Program-made: the position numbers and the translations under genes
Source: Candidatus Cloacimonadales bacterium
GTDB taxonomy: Bacteria; Cloacimonadota; Cloacimonadia; Cloacimonadales; JAIOQZ01
Direction: 5' to 3'
Assembly (NCBI GenBank): GCA_942492065.1
Contig: CALODV010000013.1
Span: 20,989 to 84,988 of the forward strand
Length of the DNA: 64,000 nucleotides
The notes under the pieces: model-generated
The model's input: the letters and a program-made list of their open reading frames with translations, nothing else
The model's database searches: none
Told to the model about the DNA's origin: nothing
Shown: positions 47,795 to 57,721 of the stretch, in pieces
Layout: each line of letters begins with the position of its first letter
Numbering within the stretch: the stretch's first letter is position 1

Positions 47795-50744
47795 CTCTAT
47801 CCATGCGATTCATGACTTGCCTGTCTTTACGGATTCGCACTTCCGGATCCGAAGTCTCAACCACGATAACCGGCTGCTGCTGACTAACCAGATTCATGTT
47901 AATTACTTCTAATTGCTGCTTTATCTCTGCTAATTCATTACTTCCGGTATTAACCACTCCACCGTTCGCATAAGCCAGTTTCGGTATTGGAATAGAAACA
48001 GCCTGTCTAATATCAAATCCGGTGAATGCCTCTCTTACCTTAGAAAGAGGTGCAAAATTGATAAAGTCCAGTAGTGGTTGAAAAGTCCTTGTCTTTTCTT
48101 CATTCACAATGTATTCACCGTTTGAAATTTTAATAACATTAGCATCATCTCTGCCCCCGCCAACACCACGGAAAAGTCCTCCGTCAGCGAACTCCTGAGC
48201 CTCTATCTGTGCCACATTAGCCAGTCCGGCAGCAATTGCCGCCGCAGCTGCTGCAACACCCAGTCCGGGACCCACTACAGGGATTCCTGCCATAGCTTTA
48301 TAAGCCGCAGTTGCAGCCGCATATGTATCAACTATCGCTTGAGCCTCAGCCGATCTCTTCCAGAATGTAAAACCCTCTTTCCCGAATTGCTTCATGTTTT
48401 CACCCATCTCCATCAAGGTGTTCCATGCAAGCTTGACTTCGGCTATCTTCTTAGCTTTATCAATCTTCGCCAGCTCTTTGTTTTGCTGTTTAATAATCTC
48501 TTTTTCGCTCAACCCATAAGCAAGAAGCATGTCCTTTTTCTCAGTGTAAAATTCGTTTATCTTTACTCTTTCCCTCTCATACATGTCTTCAATGCTTGCA
48601 ATCTTCCTGTCATTGAACTCCTCAAACGCTGCTAACTGCTCAGCCTGATTCTGCTTTTCCTCAGCCTTCCTTTCAGCCTTAATCCTTTTCTCTTCTGCTT
48701 CTTTAACTTTCTGTTGAGAATCCTTTTCATCCTGAATTGCTTTCTCAATTTCATATACTTCTTTAATTGCCTTAATATGCTCTTCCGAATTCTCTTTTGT
48801 CAGTTCTCCAAGGCTCTCATAATGCTTTTTAGCCTTCTCAAGTTCGTTTTCTAATAATTGTAATTTCGAGAGAGTTTTTGTTTTATCAAGCTCTTTCACA
48901 AGCTCGTTAAATTCTTTCTGAGCCTGTATATCTTCTTCTTTAGCTTTTTGCTTTAATAACTCTTCTTTGATATAGTATTCGTTAAGCTTATCAAGATCTT
49001 CCTGAGATAAAAATGTCAGAACCTTGGTCGATCTGTCAGCATTGTATTTTGCAAGAATCTCATCAATAAGCCTTGATACTTCCTTCATCTCTTCTCGAGC
49101 ACTCGAAGCACTGATTTTATCGGTGTACTTTGCATACTCTCTTGTCAGCTCATTCAACTTCTCTTGGTTCACAACCAGATCTTCAATACCCTTATTTGTC
49201 TCATATATGAACTCGATAAACTCACCTTGATTCTCAATCATTCTTTCTGTTTTTTCATTGTATTCTAATAATTCATGAATCACAGTTGTAATCCCAATAC
49301 CCAAAGCAGTTAGCCCAATAATCACCTGTGCAACCGGGTTTGCCAGCATAGCCGCATTAGCCGATATTACAGCCCATTTTAGCTGTATAATCTTTGCAGT
49401 AACCACACCAACAGTAACACCAAGTCCAATGAGTACATCATTGTTCTCAGCTAGAAACTGGATGAATTTAGTCGTATTTTCTGTGATAGTTTTCAATATT
49501 GGCAGAAAATTATCCATTAAGGTGATGTTCAATGCTTCCTGAGCAGATTGAAACTCAAGGATCTTCCCCTGAAGAGTATCCATTTGAGTTTTAGCCATCC
49601 TTTCCGCAGCTCCACCGGCATCATCAAGACTTGTCTTCAGGTCATTAAGGCTATAGGAAGCGTTTACCAGTGTTAAAAAGGAAGCAGCAGATCGCTTATC
49701 AAGATACTCTGTAGCATCTGCCAGATCAAAGTTACTGTCTTTCAGCTCTTGCAGTTTATCTACTACTTGTTCAAATGTCTTAACATTCTCACCCATCAAC
49801 TCAGAAACTCCGGAACTCTCATCTTGTAATTCCATCATGATGTTCTTCAAACCCATTCCGGCAATAGAACCATTAAGACCGGCATCAGCAAGCTTGCCAA
49901 GCATAGCTGTAGTTTCTTCTAATGAGAATCCGGCAGCACTCGCAATCGGAGCTAATGTCTTCATTGATTCCTTGAACTTAAACAAGTCCAGTGCAGATTT
50001 GGAAAAACTCAGAGCCATTACATCCGATACTCTATTCATCTCACTTGCTTCTAAGCGAAACCCTCTCAACGTTGCACCGGCAACCGCAGTTGATCCCTGA
50101 AGATCTTCATTAACAGCAGCTGAAAGCTTCACAATTCCATCAGTAGCATTCAGGATCTCTGTCGTACTGAAGCCAAGCTTAACTAACTCAACCTGTAGAT
50201 TAGCCACTTCAGTAGCAGTGAATTTAGTAGATGCTCCAAGGCTTTTAGAAACATCAGAGAGCTTCTCCATTTCTTGCTCGGTAGCACCGGATAAAGCTAA
50301 GATGTTCTTATTTGCCTGCTCGTAATCCATTGCTGGATTAGCAACCTTTTCAGCCTTATTCTGCACCTGATCAATCAATGTCATAAGACCCTGATAAGCC
50401 ATAGCCAGATGAGCAATGTTCTCCAACGCTGCACCAACATCTACATTGATGCTGCTTTCTTTATTATCCGGGACTTCTTCAATAGCTTTGCCGGCTCCTT
50501 CAGCAGTCTGCTCAGCTTCAGATCCATCTACATTAATACTGGCTTCGGCATCAGGAATACTGTCCATCTTACTGGTAACATCATCAACAGCTTTTTTAGC
50601 AGAGCTTGCATCAAGATTAACAGACATCTCAGCGGGAGTTTCAGCCGCTTTTATCACATCCTGAACACCTTTCTTTACCTCATTGACTTTCTTGTCAGCA
50701 TTACCGCCAAAGATCAGTTTAATGTAATATTCAAGCGTTGCCAT
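47775..50744 (-). CDS. Tail tape measure protein
   Basis: 989 aa. Extensive coiled-coil and low-complexity A/E/K segments. Gly-rich hydrophobic stretches (GLGVTVGVV, GPGLGVAAAAAAIAAGL). AGGAG Shine-Dalgarno. Confidence 0.8.
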   Translation of the reverse strand: MATLEYYIKLIFGGNADKKVNEVKKGVQDVIKAAETPAEMSVNLDASSAKKAVDDVTSKMDSIPDAEASINVDGSEAEQTAEGAGKAIEEVPDNKESSINVDVGAALENIAHLAMAYQGLMTLIDQVQNKAEKVANPAMDYEQANKNILALSGATEQEMEKLSDVSKSLGASTKFTATEVANLQVELVKLGFSTTEILNATDGIVKLSAAVNEDLQGSTAVAGATLRGFRLEASEMNRVSDVMALSFSKSALDLFKFKESMKTLAPIASAAGFSLEETTAMLGKLADAGLNGSIAGMGLKNIMMELQDESSGVSELMGENVKTFEQVVDKLQELKDSNFDLADATEYLDKRSAASFLTLVNASYSLNDLKTSLDDAGGAAERMAKTQMDTLQGKILEFQSAQEALNITLMDNFLPILKTITENTTKFIQFLAENNDVLIGLGVTVGVVTAKIIQLKWAVISANAAMLANPVAQVIIGLTALGIGITTVIHELLEYNEKTERMIENQGEFIEFIYETNKGIEDLVVNQEKLNELTREYAKYTDKISASSAREEMKEVSRLIDEILAKYNADRSTKVLTFLSQEDLDKLNEYYIKEELLKQKAKEEDIQAQKEFNELVKELDKTKTLSKLQLLENELEKAKKHYESLGELTKENSEEHIKAIKEVYEIEKAIQDEKDSQQKVKEAEEKRIKAERKAEEKQNQAEQLAAFEEFNDRKIASIEDMYERERVKINEFYTEKKDMLLAYGLSEKEIIKQQNKELAKIDKAKKIAEVKLAWNTLMEMGENMKQFGKEGFTFWKRSAEAQAIVDTYAAATAAYKAMAGIPVVGPGLGVAAAAAAIAAGLANVAQIEAQEFADGGLFRGVGGGRDDANVIKISNGEYIVNEEKTRTFQPLLDFINFAPLSKVREAFTGFDIRQAVSIPIPKLAYANGGVVNTGSNELAEIKQQLEVINMNLVSQQQPVIVVETSDPEVRIRKDRQVMNRMDRGGDQYD

Positions 50745-50858
50745 TGTGTTTTTCTCCTAAAGCCAAGTACATTCTTAACAGGTTCTTAATGCTCATTTTA
50801 GAACGTAAACTCGTGTAATCTGTTGAAGTGTGAACAGCCATAAATGCAACTAAATCCT

Positions 50859-51203
50859 CTAATGTATCCCTTGTTGAGTCTTCATGCCGGTTGCAGCCGT
50901 CTGAAATACCGAAGTTAGATCGGATATAATCTTGAAGACATCGTTGATAGTAAAAAAATCAGATACAATCTCCTGAAGTTGTTTGAAGCTTAATCCGGAT
51001 TCACTGCTCAATTCATCTTTGCCTTTTACTATTGTGTTTAGTACTGGATAAAGCTTGCCAGAATCCTTGATTGCCTTAATCACTTTTATAGGATTTTTAC
51101 CTTTGAAATCTACTTCAGAAATCAAATCCATTAAATCAATTGCATCCTCAGCCGTAATTTCTTTCTGTGTGTATACATTGCCGTCTATATTGTATGTTTT
51201 CAT
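50859..51203 (-). CDS. Possible tail assembly chaperone
   Basis: Small acidic ORF immediately upstream of the tape measure gene. Confidence 0.35.
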   Translation of the reverse strand: MKTYNIDGNVYTQKEITAEDAIDLMDLISEVDFKGKNPIKVIKAIKDSGKLYPVLNTIVKGKDELSSESGLSFKQLQEIVSDFFTINDVFKIISDLTSVFQTAATGMKTQQGIH

Positions 51204-51274
51204 TCGTGCTCCTTTAAATATTGTGTAGGAAAGAAACCGCCCGAATTAACGAGCGGTAACAGGAGGGTATTATG

Positions 51275-51520
51275 TCAGATCGTTGAATTTGCCTTCCCCG
51301 GTACACCATTTGCACCGGGAACACCGGTTAACTCTGAAAGTTGTTCGTGATCCTCTTTGAATGCTGACAGTAGTATCATTTTAACAATAGCTACCGCCTT
51401 ATCATCCAACTTATTACTTGTTTTCTTGACCATCTCATCAAGAAAATCGCAGAATACATTTATTATGTATTCTAGAGACATAATACTGAGGATATAGTGT
51501 AAAATTCCTGTCCAATTCAT
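51275..51520 (-). CDS. Hypothetical phage protein
   Basis: 81-aa ORF in the tail module. Confidence 0.3.
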   Translation of the reverse strand: MNWTGILHYILSIMSLEYIINVFCDFLDEMVKKTSNKLDDKAVAIVKMILLSAFKEDHEQLSELTGVPGANGVPGKANSTI

Positions 51521-51834
51521 TTCTTTAACTCCTTGATATTGATTGTTATGAAATCTAATTTCATGTTTATCTGTTTGAACTTTTCATCCACCAGCTCTCT
51601 CGTGATGAATGTAGAAAATAGGTTTTCATGATTTACCTGACATGAGCTCTTGTGTTTCTTGATATCGTTTCTCATTTCATTGATAAGTTTTGTATTCTCA
51701 GCAATTTGCGACTGCATTTTGCCAAACACATTAGCATAGGCAATGACTGCGATTATTATTGGTACAAGAGCTGTAATAATTGACGTTAAAACTGATATTT
51801 GCACAACCGACATTATACTGGCTCCCTTTGCCAT
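51517..51834 (-). CDS. Small single-pass membrane protein followed by a coiled-coil; holin-like candidate
   Basis: Transmembrane helix VLTSIITALVPIIIAVIAYANVF, then a charged coiled-coil. Confidence 0.35.
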   Translation of the reverse strand: MAKGASIMSVVQISVLTSIITALVPIIIAVIAYANVFGKMQSQIAENTKLINEMRNDIKKHKSSCQVNHENLFSTFITRELVDEKFKQINMKLDFITINIKELKK

Positions 51835-52022
51835 TCAGGCTTAATTAGCTCATTTAGTATGTCATTAACTTCATACTCCTCAAGTCCTTCAGGAATAGCC
51901 GAAAACTTGAGAACTACATCGTTATTACTTGATTTTCGAATTGTATCAATCGAGGTTTCTGCTGACTTCTCAAGCAGCTCATCTGTTAATATTGTTAATG
52001 GAATTATCACATATTTATACAT
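51813..52022 (-). CDS. Hypothetical phage protein
   Basis: 69-aa acidic ORF overlapping its neighbours. Confidence 0.3.
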   Translation of the reverse strand: MYKYVIIPLTILTDELLEKSAETSIDTIRKSSNNDVVLKFSAIPEGLEEYEVNDILNELIKPEWQREPV

Positions 52023-52788
52023 TCAAATGCTCCGGTGAGTTATAGAGTTGTACCTTATTACCGTTTACACCATAACAGTATTCACCACTGATTTTATTCA
52101 TATCGAAGTAATCAATTAAACCGTGAACATTATGTGGATTAACCGGTTTCTTGTAATTTCCGGTACCATAAAGTAACTGAGCCAGCTCCACCGGATCTGC
52201 ACTGTTTTCGATATTGTAAAAAGCTAGAGAACTCAAACCAGAAGCTGTATGCTGATAAGGTGTTCCTTCATAATAAATCGACACTGCTAATCCGTTTTGG
52301 TATGCATAGGCAACCGGAGCACTGTAGTTATTGGCAGTAATTGTTGCAGCTAAGACACCATCAATATACAGATACAATGTAATGTCTGTTCCCTCAATCT
52401 TCTCATAAGCAAAAACATGAGTCCATTTAAAACGGTAATCTCCCTGTGCAATACAGCTGATGAAGTTATTTGACTTGGATGAACCATCTTCATCGTAGCA
52501 CGTTCCCAGCATGAACCTTCCGGATTCATCTGGAACTGCTGATAATGTCAAAGGTGAAACGTTCCTTGCATAAATAAGTAAGTTCCGACCTCCAATCATA
52601 GTATCCGGATACTGAGTTATTCCATTGTCTCCCAGTAGAACCCATGCAGAAAAAGCATTGTAATCCCACAGAGGTTCACCTATAGAATTAGTGACAGATC
52701 CATAACTGTCCACACCGTCAAACCGCAGGAATTTGGCTAATATCCTGCGTTTAGCTCTGTTCAGTGCTAACTTCAAACCGAGTAACAT
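52015..52788 (-). CDS. Phage structural protein with a lectin/LamG-like beta-sandwich character
   Basis: 257 aa with Gly/Tyr/Asn-rich beta-strand composition. Confidence 0.35.
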   Translation of the reverse strand: MLLGLKLALNRAKRRILAKFLRFDGVDSYGSVTNSIGEPLWDYNAFSAWVLLGDNGITQYPDTMIGGRNLLIYARNVSPLTLSAVPDESGRFMLGTCYDEDGSSKSNNFISCIAQGDYRFKWTHVFAYEKIEGTDITLYLYIDGVLAATITANNYSAPVAYAYQNGLAVSIYYEGTPYQHTASGLSSLAFYNIENSADPVELAQLLYGTGNYKKPVNPHNVHGLIDYFDMNKISGEYCYGVNGNKVQLYNSPEHLNV

Positions 52789-53069
52789 TACACAATGCTC
52801 CAGACGATGTTAAGAACCTGTCCATCAGCACCTTTCACATAGATATTCGCCATCTTGCTTATCCCGTGTTGAAAGTAATCTGCTGGGAATCCGTCACCTG
52901 TTGCCGACTCAGCAATTGTAAACTCGGATAGGGAACTCACGATAACCTCATGAGCTCCCTCTGGTTTGCTTATCTCATGAAAATCTGTACCTGAAAGAGT
53001 TTTGTTTTCAGTTTCAAATCTTGTCGAAGTTGGTATTACTTTGCGATTATCATCTATTGAAAAAGCCAT
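52788..53069 (-). CDS. Hypothetical phage protein
   Basis: 93-aa ORF with an ATG start. Confidence 0.3.
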   Translation of the reverse strand: MAFSIDDNRKVIPTSTRFETENKTLSGTDFHEISKPEGAHEVIVSSLSEFTIAESATGDGFPADYFQHGISKMANIYVKGADGQVLNIVWSIV

Positions 53070-53077
53070 CTTACTGC

Positions 53078-53557
53078 CTATGTGGTTGGGATTGCTGCCA
53101 GTGTTCTGAATTGAGTAACAGTTGGAGTTTCCTTCTCAACATTAATCTGTAGAGTTTGTGCTTCTCCACCCGGGTACTCTTCTTCAAAATTATAAAGAAT
53201 ATCCGGAATCAGATAGTAAAAATCACCAACTGTACTCTCAAGAAGAATATCCACATTAGTTCCGCTGATATTCTGTAAAGCAATGATATTTTCAACACTT
53301 AAATGTAACAATTGACAACTGAATGTGCCTGTTCCGCCAACAGCTTTTTTACCTTCAAGCGATCCCTCAACAAACTTACTTGGTTTGTAAGTTGGCTTAA
53401 CACCTTTTTGAGTCATCCCAACCTGTTGATAAGTAGCTCTTTCGGTTTCATAAGCCGTTTTTGTATTCATATCTCCGATTGCTGCCTGTTCACGCATGAA
53501 AACTTTGAAGTTTCTTGCTACAGCTCCGGAAGTACCGTATTCTAAAACAAATGCCAT
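53078..53557 (-). CDS. Candidate major tail (tube) protein
   Basis: 159 aa. Lies between head genes and tail chaperones. AGGAGG Shine-Dalgarno. Confidence 0.4.
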   Translation of the reverse strand: MAFVLEYGTSGAVARNFKVFMREQAAIGDMNTKTAYETERATYQQVGMTQKGVKPTYKPSKFVEGSLEGKKAVGGTGTFSCQLLHLSVENIIALQNISGTNVDILLESTVGDFYYLIPDILYNFEEEYPGGEAQTLQINVEKETPTVTQFRTLAAIPTT

Positions 53558-53565
53558 CTGTCCTC

Positions 53566-53970
53566 CTATACTTTCCAGACAAGGAATGCTGTGATTGTGT
53601 TAGCTGACAGATCTGTGTTACCTGTGACTTGCAGTCTGAGATATCCTCTGAAGTGATCTCTGGATATACCGAAACGAGTCATACGCTCATGCTTAGCAAT
53701 AGACATCGCTGCACCGGCTGCCTTGATAAATGGTTTAAACTTGGCTTTTGGTAAAGTCCAGTCAGTTCCATTTTCAGAAGCCTGTACTTCTATCTCGAGT
53801 GTGTTTGCATCTGCCAGAGATATTGCATTATCTGCGACAACTACTACCTCAAGACGATTGTTATTATTACCAATTTTAACAGCATCTGAAAGCTTTGGAG
53901 TCGTATTAGCCGGCAGAGTTGTCTTCTTGAAAAAATAGCTGTTTGGAGTTACGTTAAATCCATATGGCAT
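53566..53970 (-). CDS. Phage head-proximal structural protein (hypothetical)
   Basis: 134 aa directly after the capsid gene. AGGAGG Shine-Dalgarno. Confidence 0.4.
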   Translation of the reverse strand: MPYGFNVTPNSYFFKKTTLPANTTPKLSDAVKIGNNNNRLEVVVVADNAISLADANTLEIEVQASENGTDWTLPKAKFKPFIKAAGAAMSIAKHERMTRFGISRDHFRGYLRLQVTGNTDLSANTITAFLVWKV

Positions 53971-53979
53971 AAATACCTC

Positions 53980-54921
53980 CTAATGTGTTCTTTCTTCTGT
54001 TTTCTTGATATTGTTTTCAGTTTCTACAGGAATACCATCCCAGTCTCTGACTGTTCTGATTACTTTTCCGCCGTGATCTTTTACATCAATTGTTGCACCA
54101 TTGAGAGAGGATATCAGTCTTCTAGCTGTTCCGTTTGCATAAATAACTGTATTACCCGGTGTTGCATTGATTGCTTCGAGCATCTTATCAATTTGCTTTG
54201 CAGTTGGAATATAGCCCTCAGCTTCTTTAATTCCAGATAGAACGTAAATATTGCAGCGAGAAAGCACTTTCAAACCGAAGTCATTACCATACTTGTACTG
54301 GAATACAGTAAGCTTCTTCCCGTCCTTATCGACAATCACTGCTTTTCCACCATTGAGAATTGTTGGTTTAAACATCCCTTTTGCAAATTGCTGTTCGTTG
54401 TAAAGTCCTGTGCACTGTGCAGCATCCCAAGTTACAGCAACTAATGAGGTATAATCAGAACCGGTTCCTGTATTGTTAACAGGAATACACATTCCGAAAT
54501 TTTTTGCATAATCTATCAGACCCATGAAGCCATCTTCGTTGTTAGCCAAGCCATAAAGATATTGACGAGCCATACCTTGCCCATAACCTTCAATGATTGC
54601 AGGAGATTTGTCTCGGATATACTTCGGAAGTCCTCCATACTGCTTTATCAGCTTTTCAGGAGGTTCGAAGACATTACCGAATTCCATCAGATCAATTTCA
54701 TCTGAGGATGTATTTGTAGACCCGTTAGGTAAGCCTTCTCCCATAGAAGCAAAACCACCTTGAGCAAGTTCGTCAAACTGAGTGTAAAGGTCTTTAATCC
54801 CGTTAGAGCTTTTATTGAATTCCATCGTTCTTATCAATGCAGACTTCTTTGCCAGATGTGCAGCCACGACTGCATTCTTACCGTTGTAAGTACTGTTAGT
54901 TAGATTAATTATATCAGGCAT
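53980..54921 (-). CDS. Major capsid protein, Mu gpT-like
   Basis: 313 aa following the gpI-like gene with TAATG coupling. Size and position fit Mu T. Confidence 0.6.
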   Translation of the reverse strand: MPDIINLTNSTYNGKNAVVAAHLAKKSALIRTMEFNKSSNGIKDLYTQFDELAQGGFASMGEGLPNGSTNTSSDEIDLMEFGNVFEPPEKLIKQYGGLPKYIRDKSPAIIEGYGQGMARQYLYGLANNEDGFMGLIDYAKNFGMCIPVNNTGTGSDYTSLVAVTWDAAQCTGLYNEQQFAKGMFKPTILNGGKAVIVDKDGKKLTVFQYKYGNDFGLKVLSRCNIYVLSGIKEAEGYIPTAKQIDKMLEAINATPGNTVIYANGTARRLISSLNGATIDVKDHGGKVIRTVRDWDGIPVETENNIKKTEERTH

Positions 54922-55874
54922 TAGTCCTCCACATCAGGCAAGAATGGATCATAGTCTCCACCATGCTTACCTTCTTCGATAACATAATTCTTTCTCAAGT
55001 TTTCTACAGGATGACTGTTAACATAAGCTTCGAGTTGTTCATCAGTTAATGATAGTGCAAATTCCTTCTGAGCAGGATAGATTTTACTCTCAGTAATGTA
55101 CTGTTGCACTTTTGCTGCTACACTATTTGTGATGGTTTTCTGCTTCATGTTGTCTGCGAATTTTCTAAATGCATCAAGATCAACTGATGCAAGAGCAATT
55201 GATGTCTCTCGCTGATCTGCCTCAATCACACCGGAGTTAATATATTTATCAACTTCAGCCTGAATAACAGAATCTTTAAGAGCCTTAACCTCTTTTGACA
55301 AAGCATCGTTCTGGTTGGATAAGGTCTTGTTTTCCCCTTCCAGCTCTTTTATTAACGCTTTGAGTTGTTCTTCATTCATAGAGCTCTCCTCTTTATTTAT
55401 TTGTGAGTTGTTTACAATCGGATCTAATTCTGTGAGAAATGGCTGATTGGTTAATGCCACACTGTGTAGTCTTGTACCCACATTCTTGTAAGTACCTGGA
55501 ATTTTATAGTCAAATTGAAATACAGGAGAAACATAGCGATACTCCTTGTTATCAATTGCCAATTGACCTGATGCTGTCCACTTAACCGTTGCATAGAGCT
55601 TCCCTTCTTCAATTTCAAGAGACTGAATCCAGCCGGCTGCTTTTGTGTTTCCCCAGATACAATTGTGGTCATAATCAAATTGAACATCCCGCTCTTCATT
55701 ACTGAAGTTTGCAACCATCTGCTCCATATCCTGTAAGGTTATTTTGAATGCACCTTGATGATGATGCTCCCATTCACCTTGCACAGCAACACATATCCGT
55801 TTAGTATCTTCTACTCCATCCAAGCTTATTTCAACAGAACAGATTTTAATGTTATCAGGTATTTTTTTCGGCAT
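54921..55874 (-). CDS. Mu gpI-like prohead protease/scaffold
   Basis: Mu-I family pattern (…DYDH…GWIQSLE…YRYVSPVF…HSVALTNQPFL) followed by a coiled-coil scaffold-like C-terminus. ATG at 55874 after AAAGGAG. Confidence 0.7.
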   Translation of the reverse strand: MPKKIPDNIKICSVEISLDGVEDTKRICVAVQGEWEHHHQGAFKITLQDMEQMVANFSNEERDVQFDYDHNCIWGNTKAAGWIQSLEIEEGKLYATVKWTASGQLAIDNKEYRYVSPVFQFDYKIPGTYKNVGTRLHSVALTNQPFLTELDPIVNNSQINKEESSMNEEQLKALIKELEGENKTLSNQNDALSKEVKALKDSVIQAEVDKYINSGVIEADQRETSIALASVDLDAFRKFADNMKQKTITNSVAAKVQQYITESKIYPAQKEFALSLTDEQLEAYVNSHPVENLRKNYVIEEGKHGGDYDPFLPDVED

Positions 55875-55983
55875 ATCAGCTCCTTTAACTTTCGGAGGCA
55901 TTATACCATAGTAATCATATTCCAATTTAAAAAGTGGTGCTCACCACCACAAAAAAAAGCAAATAAGGTATTCGTGTGTACAA

Positions 55984-55997
55984 TTGAACCAGTTCAA
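55984..55997. promoter_or_regulatory. Perfect palindrome TTGAACcaGTTCAA in the divergent head/packaging control region. A GTGGTGctcACCACCAC hairpin lies nearby.
   Basis: Read directly in the sequence. Lies in the 140-bp gap between divergently transcribed modules. Confidence 0.3.
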
Positions 55998-56017
55998 AAA
56001 TACTACAGGAGTCATTG

Positions 56018-56401
56018 ATGTTCGAAGCAATAATGAACGCACTGATAAAAGAACTGGCAGACACAAAGCTGTTTAAACAAGTGGAGCCATACGAAGGTCA
56101 ATTCGAGGATCTCAAACAGTTTACAATCTTAATGCCGGCAGTATTCTCCGAGTTTGTTAACTTTCAGGAGGAACCCGGACTTGTAGTTAATGCAAGGCTG
56201 ATTATAGCAGCACCGACAATCAAAGGACGCAAAAACTTAAGCATGCTCTCACTTATGGACAAGCTCAGAGATCTGCTTAAAAACAGGAACTTAGAAGATG
56301 AATCGGGCTATCTGTGTCGCATCGAGTTTACCGGCTTTGACCGACTCGCTATTTTTCCCGGATTTAACACTTATCAACTCTACGCCAAACTAGTGAGGTA
56401 A
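56018..56401 (+). CDS. Phage head-completion or connector protein (hypothetical; Mu gp36/37-like position)
   Basis: 128-aa ORF with ATG after AGGAG. Confidence 0.35.
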   Translation: MFEAIMNALIKELADTKLFKQVEPYEGQFEDLKQFTILMPAVFSEFVNFQEEPGLVVNARLIIAAPTIKGRKNLSMLSLMDKLRDLLKNRNLEDESGYLCRIEFTGFDRLAIFPGFNTYQLYAKLVR

Positions 56402-56403
56402 TT

Positions 56404-56775
56404 ATGTACGTGAGTGTAGTATCAGTAAAAGAATCAATTGGAGCCAACAGCGAGCTCATTTGCAGCGAAATCACCGACGAACAAATCGAGCAGATAATCA
56501 CAGATCAGTCAGCCTATATCGACAGCTATATCAGCAGCGTTACATCAGTGCCGGTTACAGACAACGAAGTCATCAGACGTATCTGCAAATCATTATCAGT
56601 TTACGAGATACACAAGCAAGTCTCACTGGTAGACATCCCGGATCACATCAATAACGAATACAGACACGTCAACGGACTCCTCAACAAGATCCTCAAGAGA
56701 GAGATTGTTATCGGAACTGAGTCACTCGCAATTGACTTTGTTGCTGAAGAACAGTTCTTCAAAGGATTTTTCTAA
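56404..56775 (+). CDS. Phage hypothetical protein (head-tail joining position)
   Basis: 123-aa ORF with overlapping stop and start signals. Confidence 0.35.
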   Translation: MYVSVVSVKESIGANSELICSEITDEQIEQIITDQSAYIDSYISSVTSVPVTDNEVIRRICKSLSVYEIHKQVSLVDIPDHINNEYRHVNGLLNKILKREIVIGTESLAIDFVAEEQFFKGFF

Positions 56776-57269
56776 TGTCTAAGCAAATCCTTTTAGATCA
56801 TGTTGCTGCACGTGTAATAAACCAGATCAAAAAACGCATGGAAGCGAACCGGTTCGCTAATGGACGCAAGAAAGATGGTGGTCGTAAATCCCTGATTGAG
56901 TCGAGAAAGCTATTTAATTCTATTACCTATCAAATTGAAGGTAACTCTGTCAAAATCGGCTCTAATCAGAAATATGCTAAAATCCAGAACGAGGGTGGAG
57001 TTATCAAGCCGGTTAATGCCAAGTATCTCGCTATCCCAATCCATAAAGCTGCAAAAGCCAAAAGACCTGAAGAGTTCGAGAATACCTTTATTGCAAAAGG
57101 TGTGATATTCCTAAAAAGAAGCAATGGCAAAGATCCGCTTCCTCTTTACGTCCTGAAGAAGCAGGTTACTATTCCTAAAACCAGTTTTTTAAGCATCCAG
57201 CCGGAAGACAGAACACCGATCAAGCATGTCATAGAAACATACTACGAACAACAATTGAGGGCAGAATAA
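56775..57269 (+). CDS. Virion morphogenesis protein, Mu G / P2 S-like family
   Basis: Pattern …KIQNEGGVIKPVNAKYLAIP… typical of the phage virion morphogenesis family. Confidence 0.55.
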   Translation: MSKQILLDHVAARVINQIKKRMEANRFANGRKKDGGRKSLIESRKLFNSITYQIEGNSVKIGSNQKYAKIQNEGGVIKPVNAKYLAIPIHKAAKAKRPEEFENTFIAKGVIFLKRSNGKDPLPLYVLKKQVTIPKTSFLSIQPEDRTPIKHVIETYYEQQLRAE

Positions 57270-57721
57270 TGGCATATAAAAAAGCAACCAAAGCAATAGC
57301 ACGTAACCTGTTTATGGAAGGTAAACCGGTTGAGAAAATTGCCGAGATCATGAACATCCCCCCAAAGACTATTTACAACTGGAAAAATAAAGAGGGTTGG
57401 GATACGGAATTCACAAATGCAAGCTCTATCAGTATTGTAAATGAGTTGTTCATAGGAATCATGGAACAGCTTCAGGAGATGCTTGCGAGCAAAGAATTGT
57501 TCAATTCCAAGAAAGCTGATGCAGTAAACAAAATACTCAACGCTATGAAGCGGATTGCTCCGGAAAAAGCACTGCTATCCAACATGCTCACTATGTTTCA
57601 GGACATTCTGAGCTATGCCAACAACAACATTGAAGACAGGGACTTTGTGGATAAGCTGACTGATTATGCAGAGGAGTTTTCTAATCACCTCAAGGACAAA
57701 TATGGCATCTCAAGAAGCTAA
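57269..57721 (+). CDS. Terminase small subunit candidate (helix-turn-helix)
   Basis: N-terminal helix-turn-helix-like LFMEGKPVEKIAEIMNIPPKTIYNW. Sits directly upstream of the large terminase gene. Confidence 0.5.
   Translation: MAYKKATKAIARNLFMEGKPVEKIAEIMNIPPKTIYNWKNKEGWDTEFTNASSISIVNELFIGIMEQLQEMLASKELFNSKKADAVNKILNAMKRIAPEKALLSNMLTMFQDILSYANNNIEDRDFVDKLTDYAEEFSNHLKDKYGISRS

Noticed and set aside
50745-51274. Programmed -1 frameshift (G/GT-like) between the tail chaperone ORFs upstream of the tape measure gene
   Set aside because: The two small ORFs do not overlap, and no extended second-frame ORF or slippery heptamer could be confirmed by eye.
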